From a virus (Duplodnaviria > Caudoviricetes): a stretch of DNA of 43,380 nucleotides. The position numbers and the translations under genes are program-made. Positions 1-9,262 of this stretch are shown here, piece after piece (position 1 is the first letter of the stretch; the number at the start of each line of letters is the position of its first letter). The DNA lies in the IMG/VR virus record IMGVR_UViG_3300018050_001064, positions 1 to 43,380 of that record. One strand, written 5' to 3'. The notes beneath the pieces are model-generated. The model searched no databases. It saw only the letters and a list, made by a program, of their open reading frames with translations, and had not been told where the DNA came from.

Positions 1-338
1 CCCTCCGTAGGGTCTCTCTCCAACCCAATGTAAGATGCCGTCACACGGCACTCGCCGTTCGGTCCGAATGACGAGTCCGTCTTGTAGCATTTGAGGCGTG
101 CATCCGTGGGGTGTGGAGCACCACGCCTTGGGACATTAGGCACTCTTGGCAAACCCGGGTCTACTTGGTAAATGAATGTCCAATTCCCCTCAAGCAACCC
201 TCTGCCGTCCGACGAAATGTTTCCGCCGGGCTGACCAATGCCACCCGCTACCCCGCCCGTAATGCCGTAGTATCTGATGCCGTATTGGTCTTTATACAAC
301 TGACCGCCCGGTCCGTTAGGTGATGGAGGAACTGTCAT
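1..338 (-). CDS. Probable tail-tip protein downstream of tape measure (partial, runs off window)
   Basis: Manually read open frame from ATG at 338 (MTVPPSPNGPGG...PRRGAPHPTDARLKC...) to the window edge; directly follows the tape measure gene. Confidence 0.55.
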   Translation of the reverse strand, partial: MTVPPSPNGPGGQLYKDQYGIRYYGITGGVAGGIGQPGGNISSDGRGLLEGNWTFIYQVDPGLPRVPNVPRRGAPHPTDARLKCYKTDSSFGPNGECRVTASYIGLERDPTE

Positions 339-362
339 ATTCCTTGGTGTCTTGTCGCCCTC

Positions 363-2846
363 TTATCGGTCTGGGAGAACCACGGCTTGTGCGTATGTTC
401 TGCCGTATTTGCCAGAGTCCGTCTGGAATCCGCTCACATCGAAGGTCAAGTTCGCCTTCTTCTCAAGTTCCTTGAGCATAGCACGCTGGACTTCGAGTTG
501 CTCTCTTGCGGTGTTAGCCAGCCCGCCGAACTCCATACCACCACCACCAATGCGTCTCATATCGGTAACTTGACCTTGAGCCTCCTTGTTTCCAAGGTCG
601 AAGGCTGCTCCAAGAATGCTTTGCTTCTGCGAAGCCATCGCCTTCGTTAGGTTCTCAAGTTCGGACTTCTCGGTATCAGAAACCTCCGCCCCGTCTTCAG
701 ATTCAGCCCGCTTAAAGGTAGCCATCTTCTTGTTGTATTCCGCCATCATCTCCTCGTATTTCTTCTGCTCATCGATGATTTTCTGCTCCTCGATTTCTCG
801 GTTGGAGCGACCATCGACCTTCATCAACTTGTATTTCAAGGAGTTCTCAAAGTCCCTCTCGGTCTTGACTCTCTCCTTCACCAAGTCGTTGCGTTTCACC
901 TCCTGCATAAACTCCTTTTCCCTCGCCTTGCGTAGGTTCTCCTGTGCTTGGATTTCCTGCCCCTTGAGTTCGTTCGCCTTTGCTTGCAACTGCTTCTGCT
1001 TGTTTTCTTCAGCCGTAATCAATGTGGTCAGTTCAAGCACTCGGCGGGCACGCTTGGCTTCTTCTTCTGGAGTTCCCTGCCCCTCTGTTTCGTTCAATTC
1101 TTGCAACGCCTCATACTTCTCTGCGATGTCCTTGTTGGCATCCTTCAAGTCCTCAAGAACGCCTTCCTGTGCGTCCTTTGCATCTTCAAGTGCGTCGGTA
1201 GCCTTCTCGACTTCGGTTAAGTTTGTCTTGAACTGCTTGTTGGTGGGGTCTCCTACATACAACTTACGCTCGCTTGCCTTGAGTTGGCGGTCAGCGGCTT
1301 TCTGCTCCTTCTCTGCCTTTCTGCGAGCACCTTCAGACTCGAAGGTGCGGACATTTTCTTCGGCTTTTTCACCCTCGCCTCGCTCTTCCATCAACTGCTT
1401 GTAAGCAGCCTTTGAAAGAATGCTATCCGACCCCTCGTCATACACCTTGCCCTGTATGGCGGCTGTCTGGTGCTGGATGCGGACATACTTTGCCATATCC
1501 TTGTTGAGTTTATTGGCTTCGGCTTCCGCCTTCCTTGCACGCAAGTCTTGTGTGGCTGTTTTGATGCCCGACTTGGTAATTTTTGACAAAGCCCCTTCGC
1601 CCGCCGCATCGAGCAGTTGCTCTCTCGACTCCTCGTATCTTTTGATTCTTTCCGCCTGCTCTTCGCTTGGTCTTGTAGTTCCGTCCGGACCATCAACCGC
1701 ATAATCATCTCCTCTAACCGCTTGAGACTCGTGAACACCAAGGGCTTTTTCCAAAGACTCGGATACGGGTGCGGCCGCTTTCTTTCTTTCTAATTGTTTA
1801 TCAACAAGTTTTCTTTCCGTCTTGTTTAGGATGTCAAACCAAGTTCCATCGTAGACATCTTTGACTTTCTTTTCAGCCTCGGAACGCTCCTTGAGAGCCT
1901 CCATTTGGGCGGCAATGAATTGCTCAACACCGCCAGCAGACTCAATTCCAGACCTTTCGTCCTCTGATAGGTTACCCGTTTCGGCACGAATCTTAAGGCT
2001 TTCTGACCATCTGGTCAGTTTCTCACCAACCTTGGCGGCGTTGCCCGCCAGACGCTCTTCTTTTGCTTCTTTTGTCTCCCAAATCATATCCTTGATGTAA
2101 CCCAGACCCTCGGCAAGCAACGAAACAAAGTTCATCGCCCACGATAGGAGCGGGGCAACACTTGCCACCAACTTTTCAAATCCATCACCAAGGTCATTCT
2201 GAATCTTGGCGACTTCCTTGTGGGCGGCAATCTGCTCTTCCGTCATTGCGTTCTCGTTTTCCAAGAACTTCTGGCGGGCTTCTTCGGATGTGCCCAACTC
2301 TTCAATGAGCGGGAGAAGTTGCTGATATTGACGACCAAGCAGGGCGGCGCCGGCGGCTGAACGCTGGTTCTCATCCCCGATTTCCATCAACGATTTGGCA
2401 ATCTCTGGCAGGAACTTGGACGGCTTGGCTTGGATTTCGGCAAGGCGTTCGGCGGAGATGCCCAACTGTTCAAAGTCTTTCTGTAGGTCTTTGGACGAGA
2501 TAGCCTTTTCAGCAGTCTTGCCCAACTGCTTCATCGACATTGTAAGGGCACGCACATTCACGCCTGCGTCCTTCGCCGCCATCGTAATGGAGTGCATCGC
2601 CGACGGGTCGATGTTGAACTTGATAGCCATCTGCGACACTTGCTTCGCCGTCTGGATGTTGTGTGAAATAGCCTCCGAAACCTTGTCGAAAGCCATCTTG
2701 GCGACAGCCGCCGCCCCCAGCATACCAGCCATCCTGTTCGTAGCCTGCTTGCCAAACTCGCCCATCAAGGACTGTAGGTATGACAGCGACTTCTGTGCCT
2801 GCTCCGTATTGGCGTTTACATTGATGTCTACATTATGCGTGCTCAT
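363..2846 (-). CDS. Tail tape measure protein
   Basis: 827 aa, helical and A/E/K-rich, N-terminus MSTHNVDINVNANT, hydrophobic stretch mid-protein, follows tail tube/chaperone genes. Confidence 0.75.
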   Translation of the reverse strand: MSTHNVDINVNANTEQAQKSLSYLQSLMGEFGKQATNRMAGMLGAAAVAKMAFDKVSEAISHNIQTAKQVSQMAIKFNIDPSAMHSITMAAKDAGVNVRALTMSMKQLGKTAEKAISSKDLQKDFEQLGISAERLAEIQAKPSKFLPEIAKSLMEIGDENQRSAAGAALLGRQYQQLLPLIEELGTSEEARQKFLENENAMTEEQIAAHKEVAKIQNDLGDGFEKLVASVAPLLSWAMNFVSLLAEGLGYIKDMIWETKEAKEERLAGNAAKVGEKLTRWSESLKIRAETGNLSEDERSGIESAGGVEQFIAAQMEALKERSEAEKKVKDVYDGTWFDILNKTERKLVDKQLERKKAAAPVSESLEKALGVHESQAVRGDDYAVDGPDGTTRPSEEQAERIKRYEESREQLLDAAGEGALSKITKSGIKTATQDLRARKAEAEANKLNKDMAKYVRIQHQTAAIQGKVYDEGSDSILSKAAYKQLMEERGEGEKAEENVRTFESEGARRKAEKEQKAADRQLKASERKLYVGDPTNKQFKTNLTEVEKATDALEDAKDAQEGVLEDLKDANKDIAEKYEALQELNETEGQGTPEEEAKRARRVLELTTLITAEENKQKQLQAKANELKGQEIQAQENLRKAREKEFMQEVKRNDLVKERVKTERDFENSLKYKLMKVDGRSNREIEEQKIIDEQKKYEEMMAEYNKKMATFKRAESEDGAEVSDTEKSELENLTKAMASQKQSILGAAFDLGNKEAQGQVTDMRRIGGGGMEFGGLANTAREQLEVQRAMLKELEKKANLTFDVSGFQTDSGKYGRTYAQAVVLPDR

Positions 2847-3475
2847 TTACGGGACTTGCGTGCCTCCTCTTTGATTTTTGCCAACGCTTCTGCCTGCATC
2901 TTTTCCAGAGCCTTACGCTCTTCCACGGCACGCTGGTCGTCTTCGGTGCTAACGATTTGGGTGTCCGAGCCTTCTTGTATGGCAAAGGCGGTGAGAAGCC
3001 AGACGGCTTGACCTACGGGTGTATTCCAAGCCTGCTCCATATCCATCCCCAACTTGGAGGTCATCATCGTGACCATCATCAGAGGAAACGGGACATTCTC
3101 CCCCTTTTCCTTGATGTTCTCCCCCTTGTCTTTTCTTAGGGTCACGGGCGACTGCGAACACTCCGAGGCGTATGTGTAGCATTGACTGACTATCCTCGTA
3201 AAGAACATTAAGTCCGTCTGCATCCTCGTTCTGAACCACAGTTCCCTTAAGGACAGAGAACCAAATGCGTCTTCGGGATGTCCCGCCGAGCATATGCGTA
3301 GGAATGCCATCACATTCTCTGTCGTGAAATCCGCTGGCTTGGCGTTTTTTGCCGTAAACGGCGAGTTCAACGCCGTCAGATACATCATATGACGGAGGTT
3401 GTAAGGGCGTAAAGAATAGCACCCCACCTTCCAAAGGCGGGGCACTACGAAGGCGGTCAGAAAACGACCATCCAT
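2843..3475 (-). CDS. Putative tail assembly chaperone
   Basis: 210 aa, located between putative tail tube and tape measure, 4-nt overlap with tape measure start; call is by synteny. Confidence 0.5.
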   Translation of the reverse strand: MDGRFLTAFVVPRLWKVGCYSLRPYNLRHMMYLTALNSPFTAKNAKPADFTTENVMAFLRICSAGHPEDAFGSLSLRELWFRTRMQTDLMFFTRIVSQCYTYASECSQSPVTLRKDKGENIKEKGENVPFPLMMVTMMTSKLGMDMEQAWNTPVGQAVWLLTAFAIQEGSDTQIVSTEDDQRAVEERKALEKMQAEALAKIKEEARKSRK

Positions 3476-3487
3476 ATCTGCGTGCTA

Positions 3488-3925
3488 TTACGCTCCGGGG
3501 ATAGACGGAGTATATGTAGAACCCGCAGGGGCGAGAGCCGTGATGCCAGAGTAAGCAGTTCCAGAAATGGAGAAGGTGTGGAAACCATTCGCCGTTCCGT
3601 TGTAGCCCGCCGAGGTAATCACAATCTTGTCCACATTGATGGTTAGGACATCGCCAGACTTAATGTCGGGCATATTCGCTGTGTTCGAGGCGAGGACTCT
3701 GCCGTCAACCGAGACATTGGCACGGAAGTCGGACATACGAAGACCAATGACTGTGCCCATCTGGTCGGTGACCTCCTGTGTCTGGGCGAACTGTGCGTCT
3801 CTGCGGTATGAATCGACGATGATACCCGTGACCTCGATGTCTGGGAGACCGAAGTGCAGGATTGTGCCAAAAGTAACAGGGGCTGCGTTAGGCGACTGCG
3901 GTGCGGGAGGGACTGTGTCGGGCAT
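3488..3925 (-). CDS. Putative tail tube (major tail) protein
   Basis: 145 aa, T/S/G-rich with beta-strand character; synteny. Confidence 0.55.
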   Translation of the reverse strand: MPDTVPPAPQSPNAAPVTFGTILHFGLPDIEVTGIIVDSYRRDAQFAQTQEVTDQMGTVIGLRMSDFRANVSVDGRVLASNTANMPDIKSGDVLTINVDKIVITSAGYNGTANGFHTFSISGTAYSGITALAPAGSTYTPSIPGA

Positions 3926-3974
3926 TGGCGTTTAAGGTTTCAAGTTGCCCATTGTCAACTTGCCCACTCTTTGC

Positions 3975-4418
3975 TCACAGAGGCTCTGGTGCTTCGGCTA
4001 TCGGGGCGTAATTTACCATAGCATCGAAGTTCAAGACAGAGGAGAGTTTGCGACCCTCGCTGGCTTCACCTACAGCACCGGGAATGATGTCGTAAATGTG
4101 TAATCCCTTGACCCTCGACTTGCGTCGGCTGGAGATGTTGCGGAATACATTGGTAAGTTGGTAAACAATCGATGTATGAGCGTTTACGCTCGTTTCGTCA
4201 TAGGACGACATCACTATAACTGACACGGGTATTTTGTAATTGCCCAGATTGTCGGGCTGTTCTGGGATGGCGGAAACCGCCTGCCCCGCCACAATGACAA
4301 TGGCAGGGAAAGGTCTATCCTCCGTCCGTAACGATTCGACGATTTGGTGCGTGCCGTTCTGGAAGAACGGGTCGAGCGTCCACTTGAACTGTGCTTCTAT
4401 CGCTCTTCTAATGCTCAT
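3975..4418 (-). CDS. Putative tail terminator/completion protein
   Basis: 147 aa with RPFPAIVI motif, located just before the tail tube gene. Confidence 0.5.
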   Translation of the reverse strand: MSIRRAIEAQFKWTLDPFFQNGTHQIVESLRTEDRPFPAIVIVAGQAVSAIPEQPDNLGNYKIPVSVIVMSSYDETSVNAHTSIVYQLTNVFRNISSRRKSRVKGLHIYDIIPGAVGEASEGRKLSSVLNFDAMVNYAPIAEAPEPL

Positions 4419-4443
4419 ATAGGTCTACACCCCTTGTTCCTTG

Positions 4444-5325
4444 TCAAGGCTTACCGCTCTGTCGGGTCGAGTTTGCCTTGAGGACTTTGTCTATCTCGGC
4501 ATCAATGAACCTTTTCAAGTCATCCGACTTCTCGTTGACTACATCTTCAATGATGCCTAAGGAGGAAATCATCTTGTTGTAATCACCCAGCGAGTTGTAT
4601 GCGTGGATGGACATACCCCCGTCCTTGATGACCGCACCTCCGTGTCCGTTGCCCCCGAATGGGCTTTGCACGGAAGCCCCCAAGGCGGAGAGTGCCTTGA
4701 CCCAACCGCCTGCCATAGTGCCTATGGACTTCTGGCGTGTTATAATGTAGTTCTCTATCGTCTGGCGGTCTTTGACGGAGATACGGAGGTTCTTGTTGTT
4801 CCTTACCGCCTCAAGGACTGCCCCAGACTTTGGGTCTCTTACTTTCTCGTGGAGCGACCTGTCGATGTCAGACTGATAGTCAACCACCTCCGACGGCTCT
4901 GTCCACCCCTTGCGGGCAAAGGTCTCATAGAGATAGTCGATGTCTTTGCTGTCCCACGCCTTTTGCAGGCGAGGGCTTCGCCAAGGTATCGGGTTGTTCA
5001 AGTTCCACAAGACTTGCTCGTTCCTTGCCATTATTAGGTCACCCACCATCGTCTTTTCCCAAGTCGTGAAGGCTGAATTGATTTCAGCCGCAAGATTACT
5101 CTTACCCTGCTGTAATCCAGCATCCGTCCCGCCACCGCCAGAAGTCGGGTCATTGCCCGGCGCAGGATAAGACTTGTTCAGCAACTCTTTGCACACCGCC
5201 ACCACATACTCCTTCAGAGCATTAGGTAGCATCTTCATTACCTCGTCCGAACTTTTTCCGAGGTTCTTGGCTACTTCGGCGGCGTTTGTGCGGACATTAA
5301 TTTGAACACCTTTGGGTGCACTCAC
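4444..5325 (-). CDS. Putative neck/tail completion protein
   Basis: 293 aa between head-closure and terminator genes; synteny only. Confidence 0.45.
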   Translation of the reverse strand: MSAPKGVQINVRTNAAEVAKNLGKSSDEVMKMLPNALKEYVVAVCKELLNKSYPAPGNDPTSGGGGTDAGLQQGKSNLAAEINSAFTTWEKTMVGDLIMARNEQVLWNLNNPIPWRSPRLQKAWDSKDIDYLYETFARKGWTEPSEVVDYQSDIDRSLHEKVRDPKSGAVLEAVRNNKNLRISVKDRQTIENYIITRQKSIGTMAGGWVKALSALGASVQSPFGGNGHGGAVIKDGGMSIHAYNSLGDYNKMISSLGIIEDVVNEKSDDLKRFIDAEIDKVLKANSTRQSGKP

Positions 5326-5645
5326 GATGTTCCTGTAACACCCGTGGATAGGTCAATCCAAGGAGATGGCGGTCTATCCGTGACCTCAAGGATGGTATGC
5401 TTCTGCCCGAAGAAGTAGATGAACTCGCCCTGCTTGGGGCGGTTCGTGTAATAGTCGCTACCGACGGGGGCAAGAATGCGGACGCTGTGGTTCGCATTGT
5501 ATGTGAAACCGCCGTCTGCCATCAATTGCCCGATAGGTGAGCGACTGATGAGTGCTACTCCGTCTTTGCCACGAAACTTGATTGGACGACCGAAGGTCTC
5601 CAAGAACTCCGGACCATCGTCCGACATTTCGTCCCATAGTCCCAT
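5322..5645 (-). CDS. Putative head closure / head-tail joining protein
   Basis: 107 aa, FLETFGRPIKF and PKQGEFIYFFGQKHTI patterns resemble gpFII-like stoppers; synteny. Confidence 0.55.
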   Translation of the reverse strand: MGLWDEMSDDGPEFLETFGRPIKFRGKDGVALISRSPIGQLMADGGFTYNANHSVRILAPVGSDYYTNRPKQGEFIYFFGQKHTILEVTDRPPSPWIDLSTGVTGTS

Positions 5646-5651
5646 CGTTTA

Positions 5652-6479
5652 TCAATCAACTTTGTTGCCGTCTTTATCCACCAAGTGCTTTCTCGCACCA
5701 AGAAGAACTTTGGCAATGTATGCGTCAGTTTTCTTAAGAGCATTCATACCATCCTTATGCTTTTTTTCGTCAAGACCATCAATCCTTGACTGCTCTGGGT
5801 CGTCAGTATTAACAAAAGCCTTGCTACCTCTTCCAAAAGCACCCTCTGCATAGGACTGATTAAGCCCCTTGTAGAGAACTTCAGCCGATTCGCCGGGGAA
5901 ATCGTCGTTTCTTCCCCTTGGTGCAAAAGCCATCAACGCAGTTGTTACTGCTTCACGGATTTCTGGAGGAGCGTAAGCAATGCTTTCTTGGATATACTCC
6001 TTGGATAGGTGGTTTCTGTCGTCTTGATAGATGTCTGGAATGAGTTTTTTCAGTTCCGCATCACCTTCGTAGTCCAATGTCATATACCACCTTGCATTTG
6101 TCCAATCGTCGTAAGTCAAAGCAGACCTCTTGACATCCTTTTCAAACTTTGAAAACACCTTTGATTCCTTGAGTTTTTCTTGGGCTTCACGCTCTTCTTC
6201 AGCCTTGGCGGCATCTTCGGCTTCCTTGGCTTTGGCTTCCCGTTCAGCCTGCTCTCTTTCGTTGACACTCATACGCTTGCCACGGAAATCCTCATTGGTT
6301 TCCTCCTCCGCCCGCATATAGGCAGACTTCAAAGCATCATCGTAGTCTTTTTGATTAGTTTCGGCTTCCTGCTTTTCAGCCTCATTCTTGATACGGAGTG
6401 CCAATGCTTCACGGCGTAGCCGTTCGGATAATTCAGATTCCGCTGCTCTGCCTCCTCTGGATGGATTTCCTCGTGCCAT
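5652..6479 (-). CDS. MARG-leader family protein (unknown cargo)
   Basis: Begins MARGNPSRGGRAAESE; 275 aa, charged and helical. Confidence 0.8.
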   Translation of the reverse strand: MARGNPSRGGRAAESELSERLRREALALRIKNEAEKQEAETNQKDYDDALKSAYMRAEEETNEDFRGKRMSVNEREQAEREAKAKEAEDAAKAEEEREAQEKLKESKVFSKFEKDVKRSALTYDDWTNARWYMTLDYEGDAELKKLIPDIYQDDRNHLSKEYIQESIAYAPPEIREAVTTALMAFAPRGRNDDFPGESAEVLYKGLNQSYAEGAFGRGSKAFVNTDDPEQSRIDGLDEKKHKDGMNALKKTDAYIAKVLLGARKHLVDKDGNKVD

Positions 6480-6514
6480 TTGAAATTGGGGGCGTGTCCA
6501 CCTATGCTTTTGGA

Positions 6515-7063
6515 TTACTTGCGTGGAGGTCGAATCATCAGCATCCCCTGCTCCCCGTTTTTGCTTCGCTCTGGACGCTCATCCAGCACAAACCCGAACT
6601 TGGAATAGAATGCGTGCATCTCCTCCGTGGTTCTCTTCCTTACGCCCGCACGGGTTGGCTGGAAGGGTTCTACCTTCAAGATAATAGGCACACCTCGCTT
6701 GTCCGCCAGAGTCGTCATATCGTTCATAAGGGCTGTGCCAGCCCCCTTGCCAGAAACGCTCTCAATAGTCCGAAGAACCAGCGTGTTGTCGTATGCCGAC
6801 ACCCTTACGGCAAAGGTAGCCTTTGAGCCATCGGGCGTGGTGTAGTCCCTATGCTCGCCGTAGTCTTCTTCTGGTATGCTCGTATTGAGCGTGGAGATTT
6901 TGCGGAGGTCTTTCTCCAGAGCCACAGAGTCCTTCTTCTTGAACGGGGCAATCTTGTCCAGATACTTGTAGTCGGGCATATACGGGTAGTTGGACGGAAA
7001 GGTCTTAATGACCACCTCCGAACGAGCCGCCCTCCCCATACTCATAGGATTCCCTCTTGCCAT
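6515..7063 (-). CDS. MARG-leader family protein with GNAT-like acetyltransferase domain
   Basis: Start re-assigned to ATG 7063 (MARGNPMSMGRAARSE); GKGAGTALM and FYSKFGF match GNAT motifs A and B. Confidence 0.7.
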   Translation of the reverse strand: MARGNPMSMGRAARSEVVIKTFPSNYPYMPDYKYLDKIAPFKKKDSVALEKDLRKISTLNTSIPEEDYGEHRDYTTPDGSKATFAVRVSAYDNTLVLRTIESVSGKGAGTALMNDMTTLADKRGVPIILKVEPFQPTRAGVRKRTTEEMHAFYSKFGFVLDERPERSKNGEQGMLMIRPPRK

Positions 7064-7085
7064 TACCCGTTGCTCCCTGTCCACC

Positions 7086-7115
7086 AAACAAAAAGGGCTA
7101 CCGAAGTAGCCCCTT
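7086..7115 (-). terminator. Intrinsic terminator
   Basis: Minus strand GGGCTAC-TTCG-GTAGCCC followed by TTTTTGTTT. Confidence 0.8.
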
Positions 7116-7135
7116 GGGTGAACCAGCGTCTCCGC

Positions 7136-7366
7136 TTATTCTTCGCCCAGACCCGTGTCGATGAGGAAGGACAGGGAAGCCTGCTCGAACAGGAAGTCGG
7201 AGAAGGTAACGCCTTCCATCTCAAGAGGGCGTTCCTTGACTTCTGCATCGAACAACTTCTTCGCCTTCGCCATCTCGTTCGGAGCGTAGCCAGCACGGAC
7301 AAGGTTGCCATTGTCGTCGCCAGCCACAGGGGCGTTGATGTTCTTCTTGCTCGTCTTCTTTGCCAT
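7136..7366 (-). CDS. Hypothetical protein
   Basis: 76 aa ORF in series with neighbours, ends just before the terminator. Confidence 0.65.
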   Translation of the reverse strand: MAKKTSKKNINAPVAGDDNGNLVRAGYAPNEMAKAKKLFDAEVKERPLEMEGVTFSDFLFEQASLSFLIDTGLGEE

Positions 7367-7374
7367 AGTAGGTC

Positions 7375-7515
7375 TTACTTCTTGAGAACGGACTTCGCCT
7401 TCTCGGCTTCTTCCTTCGCCTTCTGGACGAGGGCTTCAGCCTTCTTGGCGTTGTTTCTGAACACGAGAGCACCAGCGATGAAGCCGATGACGAGACCGAT
7501 GATGAATGCAATCAT
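7375..7515 (-). CDS. Small membrane protein (possible holin-like)
   Basis: Manually read 46 aa MIAFIIGLVIGFIAGALVFRNNAKKAEALVQKAKEEAEKAKSVLKK: one TM helix plus a charged tail; absent from the ORF track. Confidence 0.65.
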   Translation of the reverse strand: MIAFIIGLVIGFIAGALVFRNNAKKAEALVQKAKEEAEKAKSVLKK

Positions 7516-7539
7516 TGTGGTTTATTGGTTTGGGTGAAA

Positions 7540-7914
7540 TTACATATCGACGGCAGTCGGACCATCCGATTGGATGTCGAGTGAAACGCCTTCGATGTTG
7601 TTGCCCTTACGCTTCTTCGGTGCGGGCATCGGAACTTCGTTCACGATGTGATTCGGAACGGGAGTCTTAGGCTGTTCCTTCGGGTGCTGAACATTGCCTT
7701 CAGCGTCACGAAGACCAAGCGTAGCAGTCACCTGTTCGGCAGACTTGCTACGGCGGTCAGCAACGGGATGCTGGAAGAAATACGCTTCCTTGCCCGCTTC
7801 ACGAAGACGCACAAAGTGCTCGCTCGCCTTGTTTGCTTCTGCCTTGATATATGCGGTCGAGACGGGCTTGCCGTCTTTGCCGACCTCGATGACAATAGAG
7901 AACTTCTGGCTCAT
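7540..7914 (-). CDS. Hypothetical protein, paralog of 7958..8203
   Basis: 124 aa; N-terminal ~55 aa align by eye with the neighbouring gene. Confidence 0.65.
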   Translation of the reverse strand: MSQKFSIVIEVGKDGKPVSTAYIKAEANKASEHFVRLREAGKEAYFFQHPVADRRSKSAEQVTATLGLRDAEGNVQHPKEQPKTPVPNHIVNEVPMPAPKKRKGNNIEGVSLDIQSDGPTAVDM

Positions 7915-7957
7915 AGGTCAGTAGCGTGCCTCGACTATCTGTCTTGTCAACAGGTAA

Positions 7958-8203
7958 TTAGTCGGGGATGCCCGTGGCGAACTCACGGACAACGCCATAA
8001 GCGTCCGTGTAGAGACCGCCAACCTTCTCGGCAACCACCGAACGGGTCGGCAGAGGCTCAAGGTAGAGGTAAGCATCCAGACCAGAACCAAGAGCCGTGG
8101 CAAGGGCCGCCTTGGCGGTGACCTTCGAGGTGTATTGAGTCACGACAGTCGTGCTGTCAGAAGGGTCAACTGTGATGAGGATAGAATACTTGGGGTAAGC
8201 CAT
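7958..8203 (-). CDS. Hypothetical protein (possible head accessory)
   Basis: 81 aa directly downstream of the major capsid gene. Confidence 0.65.
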   Translation of the reverse strand: MAYPKYSILITVDPSDSTTVVTQYTSKVTAKAALATALGSGLDAYLYLEPLPTRSVVAEKVGGLYTDAYGVVREFATGIPD

Positions 8204-8274
8204 TGTTGTAAGGGATTAAGCGGTTGCCTGTTGAAGGGTGTCAACTCGTGGGTGGTATCCTATGCAGAGGGGGA

Positions 8275-8305
8275 CAAAAAAGACCCCATCCGAAGATGAG
8301 GTCTC
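8275..8305 (-). terminator. Intrinsic terminator after major capsid gene
   Basis: Minus strand AGACCTCATC-TTCG-GATGGGGTCT followed by a T run. Confidence 0.8.
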
Positions 8306-8327
8306 GTTTGTTCGACTACCGCTTCGA

Positions 8328-9218
8328 TTAAGAAGCGATAATCTTGGCGAGGCAGGACGGGTTACCGACGGACACCCCGTAGAGGATGGACATCGACAGT
8401 TTCTGCTCACCAGCGTCGCCGTCATACCACTCACGGACTTGAATCGAGAGACCCGATTCAGCGTCGGTCGCAGTAGCGACATTACCATACCAATTGGTCG
8501 GGGTAGCAGGCAGACGAGCGGCGATGAGGATGGCTTCCGGAGAAACAGCGATACCCTTGAGGTTCGTGATGGTCGCAGGAAGAGCGGTGTATTGGTTCAC
8601 CTCGAAGCCGTGGATACGGGGCAGGAGGTTCTCGGTCAGAGGAGCATTCGTGCCCGAAGCGTATTGGGCTTGGATGCTGTTGTCCTTGGCGAGGGAGGTG
8701 TAGAGGGCAGGCTTAACAATCAGCGTGCGACCAGCCATAGGGACATTGGCATCGGTCAGAGCCTGCGAGATGTCAGCGACAGCGTCAGCGTCGAAAGCGG
8801 CGACTGTGCTGTTGTAGCCCGTAGCAGGGAAGTTAGTGCCATCAACGAGACCGAAGACATCGTCCATAACAGCCTTCACGACGGCGTGAGCGGCAGGACG
8901 GATGAATGTGCGACGGAGGACATCGTAGCCACCCTTGGCGACTTCGCCATCAGAGAAGCCCATCACGAAGCCCTTGTGCTTGTTGAGGGTGACAGTCTTC
9001 GAGGTCGAGGTGACATCGGAGCGTCCGTAGCCGTTAGCGGCAATGTCGGTTGCCGACACGCCAGAGGCGATACGGGTCGTGACAGACTCGCCACGCTGGA
9101 GGATGTCGCCACCGAAGTCCGTAGTGAACTTGTTGACGAGGGGGAATTGAGCAAGAAGCGTTGTGAGCGAGTCTTGTGCAATGACTTGGAGGTTAATACC
9201 ACCGAGAGTGTTACTCAT
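8328..9218 (-). CDS. Major capsid protein (HK97 fold)
   Basis: 296 aa; RGESVTTRI, KTVTLNKHK, ALTDANVPMAGRTLIV, RIHGFEV and SILYGV patterns typical of coat proteins; strong codon bias; downstream of scaffold. Confidence 0.85.
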   Translation of the reverse strand: MSNTLGGINLQVIAQDSLTTLLAQFPLVNKFTTDFGGDILQRGESVTTRIASGVSATDIAANGYGRSDVTSTSKTVTLNKHKGFVMGFSDGEVAKGGYDVLRRTFIRPAAHAVVKAVMDDVFGLVDGTNFPATGYNSTVAAFDADAVADISQALTDANVPMAGRTLIVKPALYTSLAKDNSIQAQYASGTNAPLTENLLPRIHGFEVNQYTALPATITNLKGIAVSPEAILIAARLPATPTNWYGNVATATDAESGLSIQVREWYDGDAGEQKLSMSILYGVSVGNPSCLAKIIAS

Positions 9219-9262
9219 AGGATTATATTATTTGGGGTTAAGGGTTTGGGTTTGGAAAGTTG

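Noticed and set aside
2843-3475. Programmed frameshift in the tail chaperone
   Set aside because: A single ORF fills the gap between tail tube and tape measure; no second frame is needed
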